A DNA stretch of 64,000 nt from Octopus sinensis (GCF_006345805.1 NC_043004.1:14074001-14138000); one strand, 5' to 3'. Positions 13,351 through 26,512 are shown, counted from the first letter of the stretch. Notes: a model not told the origin generated them from the letters alone. Program-made: numbers and translations.

Positions 13351-13675
13351 CTTTACATTCTGAGTCCAACTGCCTCTGTGGACTGCATTAGTTGTAGACA
13401 TAATATGTCAGCCAGTTTATCGGCACCACCTGACAACTCGGATACCTTCCACAGGGTCCATTCCATTCAAGAATTCAGGCTGAGTTTTGGTTTGAAGATA
13501 ATTTTCTCTCAGTTTCACCGAACTTCACTATCAACAAAACCAGAAGATCTCTAAAGCATCGTGGCTATTTCCTTATATTTTAATATACATACAAACACAC
13601 AGAGACACAAACATATATTATATGTGTATACAACCACACTCGCACAAACATTTCTCTGTCTGTCTGCCTCTCTCG

Positions 13676-13714
<39 letters not shown>

Positions 13715-13717
<3 letters not shown>

Positions 13718-14098
13718 CAGAATGAGATAAAAATCCAAGGCTGTGAAAGATTTCAGAACATTTATAAAGAGAGGACCTTACAGCTGTTTCCTGGATATTT
13801 TATATATCACTTCATCGGAGACGGTGTGAGAAAATGGTTTAGCAATAGTTCACACCGTCTCCGATGATGGGGTATATAAAATATCCCGGAAACAGCTGTA
13901 AGATCTTCTCTTAATAAATGTTCTGAAATCTTTCACAGCCTTGGATTTTTCTCTCATTCTGTTATTCTTTTATTTATACGCATGTTGGACTCCTCATCTG
14001 CATAATCACAGAACCTGGAGCTTAAATATAGTCTGCCCATAACACTTACTCAGCATTACCTGACGCCTTAGGGTCTTCTTGACACCATTACTTCTCAT

Positions 14099-14100
<2 letters not shown>
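13715..14100 (+). mobile_element. PLE pseudo-LTR foldback with hammerhead motif, in (TA)n
   Basis: Arms 13715-13829 / 13850-13964, extension 13965-14100, (TA)n on both sides. Confidence 0.75.
13857..13904 (+). ncRNA. Minimal type I hammerhead ribozyme-like motif (mirror copy 13775-13822 on minus)
   Basis: GTCT-CCGATGA-TGGGGTAT ATAAA ATATCCCG-GAA-ACAGCTGT-A-AGAT: core (U4C variant), stem II, palindromic stem III, GUA site. Confidence 0.65.
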
Positions 14101-14166
<66 letters not shown>

Positions 14167-14949
14167 ATATATATACATGTGTGTGTGTGTGTGTGGTGTG
14201 TGTATGTACTTATATTATATATATCATAGAACAAAATTGCAACGTTATTTATTGATTCAGTTCGTGTTATTTTCGTTTAAGTCAAGCTCGCTTTTTCCCA
14301 TACTTCACTAACATAGCAAACAAAGTATCTATTAGGAAAACAAACTAATGTGGTCGATATAGGCGAGAAAAAAATTAAATGAGAAGACATGGAAATCAAA
14401 CGAAGGTGATAACCCCGCTTGACTGTAGACTTATCACTGAGACCTGTAGGCAAGTGATAGCAAAATGTGAGATAACGTAAATGTCTTGTATTTTTGTGAT
14501 ACCCAATATATATGAAGTATATATATCATAGCTTTAAATTTAGAGTGCACTATATTTCCTCTCGTTATTGTTTTATCTAATGCAACAAATTGAATATCGA
14601 CCACATGCATTTCAAACAGCAAATGCATTCCACTGCATTATCTTAATTCCATCCACTATATTGCCTCCTACTTAACAAGATGTGATTTCCTTTCTCACGA
14701 TGATGGTCTGAAGAAGAACAAATATCAAAATTTATCTTGGAACAGTTCAGCAATACCAAAGGTTGTGTTCTGTTATGATACTATGACTGCATTACACGTT
14801 ATTCGTTATACATTTATGGTTTTGTTCACCTTCGAAAATCAAAGTTTCAAGTGTATTTTCCCGTTTATCTATTGGTATTACTAAGAGTTCGCACCAATTA
14901 GACGATAACAAGGCTACTACGTACGCACATTATATCTGCTAAACAATTA

Positions 14950-14973
14950 ATACAGACACACATAAACACACAC

Positions 14974-15015
<42 letters not shown>

Positions 15016-15036
15016 ATATATGTTATATATATGTAT

Positions 15037-15072
<36 letters not shown>

Positions 15073-15142
15073 AATGTACACATATATATATTATTATAGA
15101 CTTAATATGTATCTACATATATGCATAATATATGTATGTATG

Positions 15143-15173
<31 letters not shown>

Positions 15174-15198
15174 GTATATATGTATATATATACACATT

Positions 15199-15231
<33 letters not shown>

Positions 15232-15599
15232 ATGTATGTATCTGTGTGTGTGTGTGTGTGCACAACTCATGCATACCTATAGTTACAGAAAAAAGAAATA
15301 TAGGAAATACTTGCAATAAGTTTGTACGCGAAATTTTGGTCCATCTCTTCCTAGATTATACATATAGATATAGTGAAATGGATTCAAAATAAACTAGCAA
15401 AAATGTTAAAATACAAAGTCGAATGAAAGTAATTCAGAGAAAAATATTCACGGATGTTTTCTCGAAATTTGTTTAGGAGAAATAAATCCAATTAGTACTG
15501 AATAGATAAAATGTGTGTGTGTGTGTTAGTATTTACAATGTCTGCGTGTAATTATGCAACTATATATATATGTGTGTGTGTGTGTGTGTATGCATATAG

Positions 15600-15636
<37 letters not shown>

Positions 15637-16207
15637 AATATATATATATACATACATATATATGCATATATGTATATATACATACACACACTATATATAT
15701 TCAGGTATATAATTATATATTTAATATATATGTATATATATGTAATATATATATAAATATAATATATATATATATATATACATACAGACATTTATACATA
15801 CACATACATATATATGTATATATATATATGTGTGTGTGTGTATATGTGTATGTATGTATATATATATATAATATACATATATATATTTATATTTATATAT
15901 GTGTGTATATATGGATATATATGTATGTGTGTGTGTGTATGCATTTGTGGATGTTTATATGCGTGAATGTTTGTGAGCCACGTACATATATGTGGCTTCA
16001 CGTGCATTACACGTTATTGTGTCTGTGCTTGTGTGTGCCTGTGGCTATGCGTGTTTGTGTGTGCGTGTGTGTGTGTATATATGAAGTATACGAACCTTAA
16101 TTGCATTTCATATCTGTGAAATAACCACATAATAGAACACACACACATACCTATGTGTGTTTATATATGTCTGTATCATCTCTCTCTCTCTCTCCTCTCT
16201 CTCTCTC

Positions 16208-16238
<31 letters not shown>

Positions 16239-16371
16239 ATATTATATATATATAATATATACACAGAGAAAGAGAGAGAGAAATTGGAACAGAGAAGGAG
16301 AGAAAGGGAAAGAGCTATGTGCGTGCGCATGTATCAATGCGTGTTTCTGTAAGATCGACTTTGTGTGTACA

Positions 16372-16449
<78 letters not shown>

Positions 16450-16474
16450 TATATATTTATATATATATATTTTG

Positions 16475-16557
<83 letters not shown>

Positions 16558-16600
16558 GTCTGTGTGTATACATACGCTCACGCATATTGACACACAGAAG
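14950..16600. repeat. Long block of compound (TA)n/(CA)n/(TG)n microsatellites
   Basis: Direct reading; source of many spurious YI/HT/CV ORFs. Confidence 0.9.
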
Positions 16601-17058
16601 CGCTAACATATTCCTGTAATTCAATAAGTATTTTACAGTTATAGCCAAAAGGCCGAAACCTTCAGAAATATATATGCTTTCAATATAAACTCATACTCGA
16701 ACATATATTATAGTATATGCGTATGTGTGCTAAAAGATATCTTTCTTAGGACTCTCTCTAACTCTATCCTCCTCTTCCTCCTCTCTCTCCTCCTCCTCTC
16801 TCTCTCTATCTACCAACTCATCTGTCTATCTATCTATCTATCTCATCTTTGTATGATATATTATCTGTATCGTGGCAAGATTCATCAACCATGATCAAGT
16901 TATAAAATCATAGCTTCATCTCTTCATAATTATATTTACAACTATGTCGAAGCATTATCAACCTAAACAACAATAACATCATTAATTATTATTTGTATTT
17001 GTATATTTCCTGTTAAAAAAAACAAACACTATTATCATCATCATCATCATCATCATTA

Positions 17059-17089
<31 letters not shown>

Positions 17090-17611
17090 ATTATTATTAT
17101 TATTATTATATTATTTCTTTGTTGCTGATGTTATAAATCATATCTAAGCAGAATGTGTGACAGATAGGACTATTATCAGTCTTACACGCACTACTTGTCT
17201 AATGATATATTCGTCAGATTATTTTCTTCACTGACAAACAGGAATTGAAGTAAAAAAATAAAAAGAGAGATTAAATATACTTTCTCCGTCCTCAATATAG
17301 AAATAAAAATAAAAATAAAAAATGTTACCGTTAGAAATAATATCAGATAATAAGAATATTCAAAATAAATATATTTCTAAAAACAACATGTTCAAGGAGG
17401 AGCTCTCGTTCCTGAAGATTGGAAAATGTCTCCCAGCTTGTCCTAATTCTTAATTATAATCTTCGATACAGAAAATGTATTATTGCATACTTAGTTTTCT
17501 TTATATTTAAAGTTTTTTTTAAATGAAGTATAATTTTTTTTTAATCTTTGAGTTTCATATCGTTATCTTTCATATCGTAAGTTTGTTATTCTTGCAGTAT
17601 TAGCTTCTCGC

Positions 17612-17830
17612 GGGGGCGCGTGGCTTAGTGGTTAGGTTGTCGGATTCATGATCGAAAAATTCTGGTTTCGATTACTGGACCGTGCGGCACGTATTTTTTT
17701 GGAGCAAAACACTTTATTTCACGTTGCTTCAGTTTGCTGAGCTAGCAAAAGCGAGTAATCCTGCAACGGACCAGCGTCCCGTCCAGGTGGCGAATATATA
17801 TTCCATGGAAATCGAGAAACCAGCCCTGGT
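17612..17830 (+). mobile_element. tRNA/CORE-like SINE with V-domain-like tail
   Basis: GGGGGCGCGTGGCTTAGTGGTTAGG...GGTTTCGATT...GAGCAAAACACTTTATTTCACGTTGC...CCTGCAACGGACCAGCGTCCCGTCCAGG. Confidence 0.7.
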
Positions 17831-18009
17831 AGTTTTACTTCTATGAGTCTACATGACTCAGGGTGGAACTTTACTTCTTACCACGTTAGCTTCTCATGTT
17901 ATATAATATTAGAAATTGAAGTAATACTGAGATGTCTAACTTCGTACAACTATGGATGGTTGTATTCCGAAGAAAAGACAAGGGGAGAAATACCTATCTG
18001 TGTAAAACT

Positions 18010-18178
18010 CAGGCATGGCTGTGAGGTAAGAAGTTAGCTTCCCAACCGTATGTTTTCAGGTTCAGTCCCTCTGCATAGCAATTTTGGTCAAGTTTCTTCT
18101 ATTTAGCCGACCAAGTGGGTGGATCAGGTAGAAGGAAACAGAAAGCAAGGTGTAATACATACATAATATATATATATG

Positions 18179-18225
<47 letters not shown>

Positions 18226-18549
18226 TAATATATATATATATATATATGCATGTATATATATATAATGTATATATATAGAAAAAATGAGGTAATCAGATCA
18301 GATGGTTCATATTTGTAGATATTTATTTACAATATTACATTTTTTACATATATATCATATCATTCAGATCATATCATTCGGATTAGCGCTTTCTCCCAAT
18401 CTAGTGGGGTTTTCAAATCAAATCAATTGTGGGGAGTTTGAACATTTTATAGTTTCGTAGTAGTGCGGAGGAATAAGATATAGTACAAGAGGGTGAGGAG
18501 GAAGTGAGACAGAGAAAACATGTGTGTATGTGTATGTGTGTGTGTGTGT

Positions 18550-18581
<32 letters not shown>

Positions 18582-18830
18582 TTTATATCTGAGAGGGAAG
18601 AAGTGTTATTTCCGCGTTGGTCTACTGGACCTCCTGTGGTTTTATAAGAACTTGGCTGTCCATTTCGATGTCACTGAGTGTGTGTTGTGCGTAGGTTGGC
18701 CTGACAAATGTCATTTGGGGTCACACTTTCTATGATCATTTTGTGGAGGTGTGTGTGTGTGTGTCGTGTGTGTCCGTGTGTGTATATATATGTATATATA
18801 TATATGTATATATATATATATGTGTATATA

Positions 18831-18885
<55 letters not shown>

Positions 18886-18961
18886 GTATATATATACGTA
18901 TATTATATGTGTGGTGTATATATATATATATGTGTGTGTATATATATATATGTTTGTGTGT

Positions 18962-18995
<34 letters not shown>

Positions 18996-19245
18996 ATGTT
19001 ATATATATATATGCAGGCATACACACATGCATGTGTATTTGTGCATGTAAGAAAGAATGTGTGTGTCTATCTTTGCGACTGTGTACCGTCCTCTACAACT
19101 ACTTGACAACCGGTGTCGCTCTGGTTACGTCCACATATCTTAGCGTTTCGAAAAGTCTACAGTCGATTATTGCGACTAAAAAACTCTTGTAGGCGGTGCT
19201 CCAGCATGTCCACAGTCAACTGACTAAAAAAGTGAAAAGTAAATG
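18010..19245 (+). mobile_element. Diverged SINE family A with a greatly expanded, invaded internal microsatellite
   Basis: 5' part 18010-18150, 3' part ~19070-19245; intervening TA/TG tracts hold other insertions. Confidence 0.55.
18381..18419 (-). ncRNA. Minimal hammerhead-like motif (U3-A8 core) in a solo PLE-terminus fragment (~18279-18520)
   Basis: Minus strand GAT-TTGAAAA-CCCCA CTAGAT TGGGA-GAA-AGCGCT-A-ATC. Confidence 0.6.
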
Positions 19246-19352
19246 ATGAAAGGTTAAATATATATGGAAAATAATAAATAAATTTCAATTATGGCCAAGA
19301 AAAATACACAACAAAAATGTTGTTTTTTCCTTAATTATTTAAATTATTTAAA

Positions 19353-19745
19353 TAGGCTGTAGTAAGTAGCTTGCTTACTACCCACATGGTTCCGGGTTCA
19401 GTCCCACTGCGTGACACCTTGGGCATGTGTCTTCTTCTAAAGCCTCGCACTGACCATGACCTTGTGGGTGGATTTCGTAGACGGAAACTGAAAGAAGCCC
19501 GTCGTATATATATGTGTGCATGTGTGTTTGTGTGCATGTGTTTGTCCCCCCCCACCATCGACTGACAACCGATGCTGGTGTGTTTACGTCCTCGTAACTT
19601 AGCGGTTCGGCAAAAAGTGACCGACAGAATAAGTACTAGGCTAACAAGAAATAAGTCTTAGAGTCTATTTGCTCGACTTAAAGGTGGTGCTCCAGCATGG
19701 CCGCAGTCAAACGACTGAAACAAATAAAAGAACATAAAAGAACAA
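19353..19745 (+). mobile_element. SINE family A
   Basis: Near full-length match to consensus. Confidence 0.85.
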
Positions 19746-19766
19746 AGACAATATCTCGAGCGGCTT

Positions 19767-20345
19767 AAGGCGGTGAGCTGGTAGAATCGTTAGCACGCCG
19801 GGCGAAATGCTTAGCAGTATTTCGTCTGCCGCTCCGAGCTGAGTTCAAATTCCGCCGAGGTCGACCTTGCCTTTCATCCTTTCGGGGTCGATTAAATAAG
19901 TACCAGTTACGCACTGTGGTCGATGTAATCGACTTAATCCGTTTGTCTGTCCTTGTTTGTCCCTTCTGGGTGTAGCCCCTTGTGGGTAGTAAAGAAACAG
20001 GTATTTCGTCTGTCTTTACATTCTGAGTTCCAATTCCACCGAGGTCGACTTTGACTTTCCTCCTTTCGGGGTCGATTAAATAAGTACCAGTTACGCACTG
20101 GAGTCGATATAATCGGCCTAATCCGTTTATCTGTCTTTGTTTGTCCCCTCTGTGTGTAGCCCCTTGTGGGTAGAAAAGAAATAGGTATTTCGTCTGCCAC
20201 TATGTTATGAGTTCAAATTCCGTCATGGTCGACTTTGCCTTTCATCCTTTCAGGGTCGTTTAAATAAGTACCAGTCCTAAACTGGGGTCGATCTAATCGA
20301 TTGGCCCTCTCCCCCAAAATTTCGGACCTGATGCCTAGAATAGAA
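19767..20345 (+). mobile_element. tRNA-derived SINE family B (Meta-domain-like), trimeric form
   Basis: Head GGCGGTGAGCTGGTAGAATCGTTAGC, B box GAGTTCAAATTCC, domain GAGGTCGACYTTGCCTTTCATCCTTTCGGGGTCGA; units start at 19817, 20001 and 20185. Confidence 0.85.
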
Positions 20346-20489
20346 AAGAATATCCCAAGATGCTCATTAGCAAAAATTGCGACCCGATTAATATGCAAAC
20401 ACACTGTATGGAATGGCTTTACGCATATATATTTTTTCTTTGTTCGTTTTAGTCTTCGCACTGAAGTCATTCACGAGGCATCACCTCGA

Positions 20490-20802
20490 ACGGTTTAGTC
20501 GAACAAATTGGTCCCAGTTCTTAGTTTTATGGCATAGTTACTATTTTATGAGTCTTTTCTTTTTCCTAACCATAAGGAAACGATCCAACACATGTTGTGG
20601 AGCGGTGGTGAGGGCGACAAACATGAAGACACACATCCACACACTGAGGATTCTTTCAGCTTCTCTCAACCGACTCAACTCACGGCGATTTAGTCAGCCC
20701 GAGGCTATAGTGAATGACATATCCCGTGTATGGGTACTGGACTGAATCTAAGACTACATGGTTGGAAAGCAAGCTTTTTACCACATAGCCATGCCTGCGC
20801 CT
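20490..20802 (-). mobile_element. Diverged SINE family A
   Basis: TTTAGTCGAACAAAT...CCCGAGGCTATAG...ACCACATAGCCATGCCTGCGCC. Confidence 0.6.
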
Positions 20803-21321
20803 ATATTTGAAAAAATAAAATATATCAATTTTATTTAATATTCTAAACAGAGCACTCGAACAAACCAACAAAAATATTCACTCGGTTATTTATTGAGGAT
20901 TTCCTGTAACGTCATTCTTAAACTTATTCTTTTTCGCAACGTTGTTTTCTGTGGTATTTTTCTTCAGATTTTATTTCTTAGACTCGGAATATTAATTGAT
21001 TATACTGGTCAACACAAAGAATCTTCGTCGGAGACGAGTTTTTGTTTGGAACAAAAATCATTTCCGATGCTGATTTCTTTTTTATAGCAGTCTTCCGTTT
21101 CCTTTCAGAAGCATGTATAATTTTCTTTTATTTGAAACCAATTATTTGTCTTACAGTATTCGAAATATTTTGTATTTTTCAGATTATTTGCCTTCATCTT
21201 TGCCATTTGATAAGGCGGCTCATGATTATAAGAATAATGCAGACAGTTTCTCTTGCGTCAGCAGGAACTATGATAACAAAGATACAACGACAGCTTATTT
21301 TAAATGATCCTTTTACATTTT

Positions 21322-21726
21322 TCTTTTTACTTCTTTCAGTCATGTGACTGTGGCCATGCTGGAACACCGCCTTTAGTCGAGCAAATCGATCCCAGGACTT
21401 ATTCTTTGTAAGTCTAGTACTTATTATATCGGTCTCTTTTGCCGAACCGCTAAAATACGGGGACGTAAACACACCAGCATTGATTGTCAAGCGATGGTGG
21501 AGGGACAAACACAGACACACAAACACACACACACACATATTTTTATATACATACATATATACGACAGGCTTCTTTCAGTTTCCGACTACCAAATCCACTC
21601 ACAAGACTTTGGTCGGCCCGAGGATATAGTAGAAGACACTTGCCCAAATTGAAACGCAGTGGGACTGAACCCTGAACCATGTGGTTCGTAAGCAAACTAC
21701 TTACCACACAGCCACCCCAACGCCTA
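21322..21726 (-). mobile_element. SINE family A
   Basis: Near full-length match to consensus. Confidence 0.85.
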
Positions 21727-22083
21727 TATATCATATAAAAATATATTTGCTATAGTGTTTGGCTACGGCTTTCAATTTTCAGCCACGTAGTATCGGAGCA
21801 CTCCTAATGTGCAGTAGCATGGGTGCGTAGTAGCTTGGGCAGGCTGCATAACTTTATATAATGGCCTGCATAACTTTATATAGCATAGAACAGAATCAAC
21901 CGTTTTAAATAATACATATAACTCCTACTAAATGTGTTGAGTGACCTTTATTATTTTTTTTGTCCATTCAATCATATATATATATAAAACAGGTTACAGG
22001 GACGTAAACAAACCAACAGCTGATTATGAAGCGGTGAAAGAACGAACTGCAAGACACATAATGCGTGTGTGTGTGTTGGTGTG

Positions 22084-22115
<32 letters not shown>

Positions 22116-22424
22116 ACGATAAACGTCGCCCTTTTCAAACCTAGCCAGGCTCATGGGGCCGGTTTTCTGGTTTCTGTGGGGTATGTGTTCCCCCCAGCTG
22201 GACGGGACGCCAGTCCATCGCAGCGTTACTCAAGAAACAGGAAGAGAGAGTGAGAGAAAGTTGAGGCGAAAGAGTACATCAGGGGTCACCACACCCCCTG
22301 ACGGAGCTTCGTGGAGCTTCTCGGTGTTTTCGCTCAATAAACACAACACCCGGTCTGGGAATCGAAACTGAGATCCTCCGACCGCAAGTCCACTGCCCTA
22401 ACCACTGGGCCATTGCGCCTCCAC
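22116..22424 (-). mobile_element. SINE family C head with V-domain-like tail (second copy ~23247-23555)
   Basis: Minus strand GTGGAGGCGCAATGGCCCAGTGGTTAGGG...GCTGCGATGGACTGGCGTCCCGTCCAG...CATGAGCCTGGCTAGG. Confidence 0.8.
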
Positions 22425-22454
22425 ACACACACACATACATATATATAACTTTGA

Positions 22455-22815
22455 TAACTTAGATTGGTTTTGGCCATTATCGGCGCAGTCCATGACAAAT
22501 TCAATAACACCACCAGGAAAAGTTTTTTATCATTTCAGGAAACCATGCACCACTCAATTAGAGAATTGCTGTTTGTTGAGACGTATCCAGGTGTAGGTGG
22601 TTATCCGATATTTCCTGGAGGAATTTGTCCAGGTACCGTTTAAAATTTGTAGGGTCTTTTTCTACTTTAATTTCTTTCGGAATAACATTGAAAAGAGCAG
22701 GACCATTTGCAGAGAAGAAATTGTGTCGCAGTGTTCTTATGTGATGTAATCTCAATCTTTGTAGGGGATGCATTGTACGGGAGCCTAGTCTTCGGTGAAT
22801 TGTAAACATAATACC
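22455..22815 (-). mobile_element. CR1/L2-type LINE ORF2 C-terminus and 3' UTR remnant (duplicated at ~23585-23945)
   Basis: RHNFFSANGPALFNVIPKEIK...FKRYLDKFLQEI matches the typical F...GP.LFN.LP..IR...FK..LD.FL..IPD end of CR1/L2-group ORF2. Confidence 0.7.
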
Positions 22816-23077
22816 GATATCAATTTGATAATACTATTCAATCACATAGTAATCATCCTTTGTTTAACGGTCATTTTCACAGCATTTTTTCGAAGGTCGG
22901 ATTACCGAAGAGATGGCGGCGTGGATTTCCACCCCAACATCCGAAACTCGGAGTTTTATCATGGCTACCGAATAATTGTCACATATTGTATTTACAAATA
23001 AATTCCTCTACTTACATAATATCGAGGTCTCTTTCATTATTTTGTTGTCTTACCATTTCTATCAACACACACACACA

Positions 23078-23108
<31 letters not shown>

Positions 23109-23207
23109 ACAGGTTACAGGGACGTAACAAACCAACAGCTGATTATGAAGCGGTGAAAGAACGAACTGCAAGACACATAATGCGTGTGTGTGTGTTGGTG
23201 TGTAAAT

Positions 23208-23247
<40 letters not shown>

Positions 23248-24195
23248 ACGATAAACGTCGCCCTTTTCAAACCTAGCCAGGCTCATGGGGCCGGTTTTTG
23301 GTTTCTGTGGGGTATGTGTTCCCCCCAGCTGGACGGGACGCCAGTCCATCGCAGCGTTACTCAAGAAACAGGAAGAGAGAGTGAGAGAAAGTTGAGGCGA
23401 AAGAGTACATCAGGGGTCACCACACCCCCTGACGGAGCTTCGTGGAGCTTCTCGGTGTTTTCGCTCAATAAACACAACACCCGGTCTGGGAATCGAAACT
23501 GAGATCCTCCGACCGCAAGTCCACTGCCCTAACCACTGGGCCATTGCGCCTCCACACACACACACATACATATATATAACTTTGATAACTTAGATTGGTT
23601 TTGGCCATTATCGGCGCAGTCCATGACAAATTCAATAACACCACCAGGAAAAGTTTTTTAATCATTTCAGGAAACCATGCACCACTCAATTAGAGAATTG
23701 CTGTTTGTTGAGACGTATCCAGGTGTAGGTGGTTTATCGATATTTCCTGGAGGAATTTGTCCAGGTACCGTTTAAAATTTGTAGGGTCTTTTTCTACTTT
23801 AATTTCTTTCGGAATAACATTGAAAAGAGCAGGACCATTTGCAGAGAAGAAATTGTGTCGCAGTGTTCTTATGTGATGTAATCTCAATCTTTGTAGGGGA
23901 TGCATTGTACGGGAGCTTAGTCTTCGGTGAATTGTAAACATAATACCGATATCAATTTGATAATACTATTCAATCACATAGTAATCATCCTTTGTTTAAC
24001 GGTCATTTTCACAGCATTTTTCGATGGTCGGATTACCGAAGAGCTGGCGGCGTGGATTTCCACCCCAACATCCGAAACTCGGAGTTTTATCATGGCTACC
24101 GAATAATTGTCACATATTGTATTTACAAATAAATTCCTCTACTTACATAATATCGAGGTCTCTTTCATTATTTTGTTGTCTTACCATTTCTATCA

Positions 24196-24232
<37 letters not shown>

Positions 24233-24235
24233 CAG

Positions 24236-24610
24236 ATATTCCGAGTTCATTCTCACTGAGCGGCACCTTGGGCAAGTGTCTTCTACTATAGCCTTGGGTC
24301 GACCAAAGCCTTGCGGGTGGAATTGGTAGACGGAAACTGAAAGAAGCCCTTTGTATATACATGTATACGTGTATATCTATGTGTGTGTCTCTTTGTGTCT
24401 GTGTTTGCCCCCAACCGAATCACCGCTTGACAACCGATGTTGGTGTTGGTGTCTTTACGTTTCCGTAAGCTAGCGGTTCAGCAAAAATGAATGGTGGAAT
24501 AAATACTAAGCTTTAAAAAATAAGTCCTGGTGTTGATTTCTTTTGACTACAACTCGTCAGGGTGGTACTCCAGCATGGCCGTAGTCAAATCACTGAATAA
24601 AAAAGAATAC
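24236..24610 (+). mobile_element. SINE family A (5'-truncated)
   Basis: GGCACCTTGGGCAAGTGTCTTCTAC...CTCCAGCATGGCC. Confidence 0.8.
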
Positions 24611-24839
24611 GATGAAAAAGTGAAACTATAGGCGCTTTTTATTATCCCTATTTTAGACAGAGAGAAAAAAGCAGTTGTTATACAAATAACTGTTATTGTA
24701 ATGATTACTTTCTCTAATCCCCGTAATTTTTACTAAATTATTTTCTCTTATAAATGAAAAGAGTATTGTGTATCTAAAACTGCATTCACTACGTAGACGT
24801 GTTCACTACGATGAAACAGATACTTGCAAATGATGGACT

Positions 24840-25650
24840 TGTTTCTATACTGTTCTATAACAGCGATGAAGACGCAACTTCTAGAAGTTCTGGACTGTCT
24901 ATCGATTCTAAATGAATACTGAAGAAAGTTGCAGCTAAGATTATTTAAGTGCGTATCATTTTTTGTAGAAAAGATAATTTTGTTGATCTAACAAATAGCC
25001 TTATTATTTCTACAACTCTGTAAGGCGGCGTGCTGGCAGAATCGTTAGCACGCTGGACGGAATGCTGAGCGGGATTTCGCCCGTTGCTACGTTCTGAGTT
25101 CAAATTCTACCGAGGTCGACTTTGCCTTTCATCCTTTCGGGGTCGATAAATTAAGTACCCGTGAAACACTGGGGTCGATGTAATCGACTTCATACCCTTG
25201 CTACAAGCTGCCCTTGTTGTAAAGATTTGAAATCATTATTCCTACAACACTTCTACGTATTAAAATTCGTTGAATGTGAAAAAAATTGCTAAAGCAATGT
25301 CCCAAATCAATTAAAGTGTGTTAAATAAGTGGAGAGAATATTTCAGTGCTCGTGTGATTCTAGAAATTTGAAAAGATATTGAACTTGTAAACAATCATCG
25401 ATAGGATGTAATTAAAATAACAGCCATCTTTAGATGTTGACACGAACAATTTCAGGTAAATAATGTCATTTTTTAGTATAAAATATCTCTTTGAATCTAA
25501 CAAAGATGGGTCATCAGATTTTAAAAATGGATCTTCTATATTCTCAACAAGATTCCTTTCGAGAAACTCTTGTGCGTTGAGTAAGAACGATTCCGGAAAA
25601 GATTCGTGCAATAGAAACGCAGTACCGAGAATTTTGAAAAGAAGGCTTGA
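24840..25650 (+). pseudogene. Possible highly decayed hAT (Buster/SPIN-like) transposase remnant, interrupted by a SINE
   Basis: Scattered frame-shifted motifs resembling SI..DE, LFKCV, HEQFQ (HRQF) and DLLYS..TRFLSR (LLY..VRWLSR). Confidence 0.3.
25021..25235 (+). mobile_element. SINE family B monomer
   Basis: AAGGCGGCGTGCTGGCAGAATCGTTAGC...GAGGTCGACTTTGCCTTTCATCCTTTCGGGGTCG. Confidence 0.85.
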
Positions 25651-26366
25651 TGTCAAATTAATGCTATTTGCTATATAGTGATAACCCAGACAAAGAAAAT
25701 ATATTTATTGCACTTTTAAATAATATTTAGTGAATATTTTTTGAATTACACGCGTATCAAGTTAATATCAATATATGATATAAAATAGGATTACTAATAT
25801 TTTACATGAATTATTCAAACACTGTGAACTTCGATTTAAGAAATAAACAAATTTCGTATAAAATGTTACTATACCATTATTTCGAAAACAATAAAAGCTG
25901 TCATATTTTAAAACCTAGACTTCGAAGGATGGGGAAAAAGAGAACCGAAGATAGATTAAGAAACAACATTCATAATTTATTCATTTCCAATGAATCATTT
26001 CATGAAAATATTGTTGACCAACGTTTCTAATACATTTTTAATAGCGGATGTTGTTACACCGAATGACAATGTATATATGTATATATATATATATATATTC
26101 AACAAATCACCTTATATTCTTTTATCGAAGTGTTCCTTGTAGGATTAGATTTATGCCACAAATTCATAGGAGATTGGTTCGAAGACTGTGGGCTTATTTC
26201 TGGATATTGACGCAAAATGCTTTTTCACAGGACCTGCAGGCTGTCTCTTAAACAAACGCGGTCTCCTTTAGAGAACATTCCTTTCTAAGTGGTAAGACCA
26301 TAGCGGATCTACTTCTAGCATAATGGATGTCCACATAGTTGTTATTCCTCTTATATGTATGTAATA

Positions 26367-26424
<58 letters not shown>

Positions 26425-26472
26425 TATATATATATATATACATATATATATGTACATATGTATATATGTATG

Positions 26473-26512
<40 letters not shown>

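Larger units (their letters stand above)
21988..24232 (+). repeat. Tandem duplication, two ~1.12-1.13-kb units (21988-23107, 23108-24232)
   Basis: Near-identical sequence with breakpoints in (TA)n; duplicated ORFs in the track. Confidence 0.95.

Noticed and set aside
16635-16665. GCC-AAAA-GGC-CGAAAC hammerhead-like half
   Set aside because: No CUGANGA-like core and no palindromic stem III
19817-20345. Regularly spaced repeats resembling a CRISPR array
   Set aside because: Whole 184-bp units are homologous with no unique spacers; eukaryotic SINE multimer
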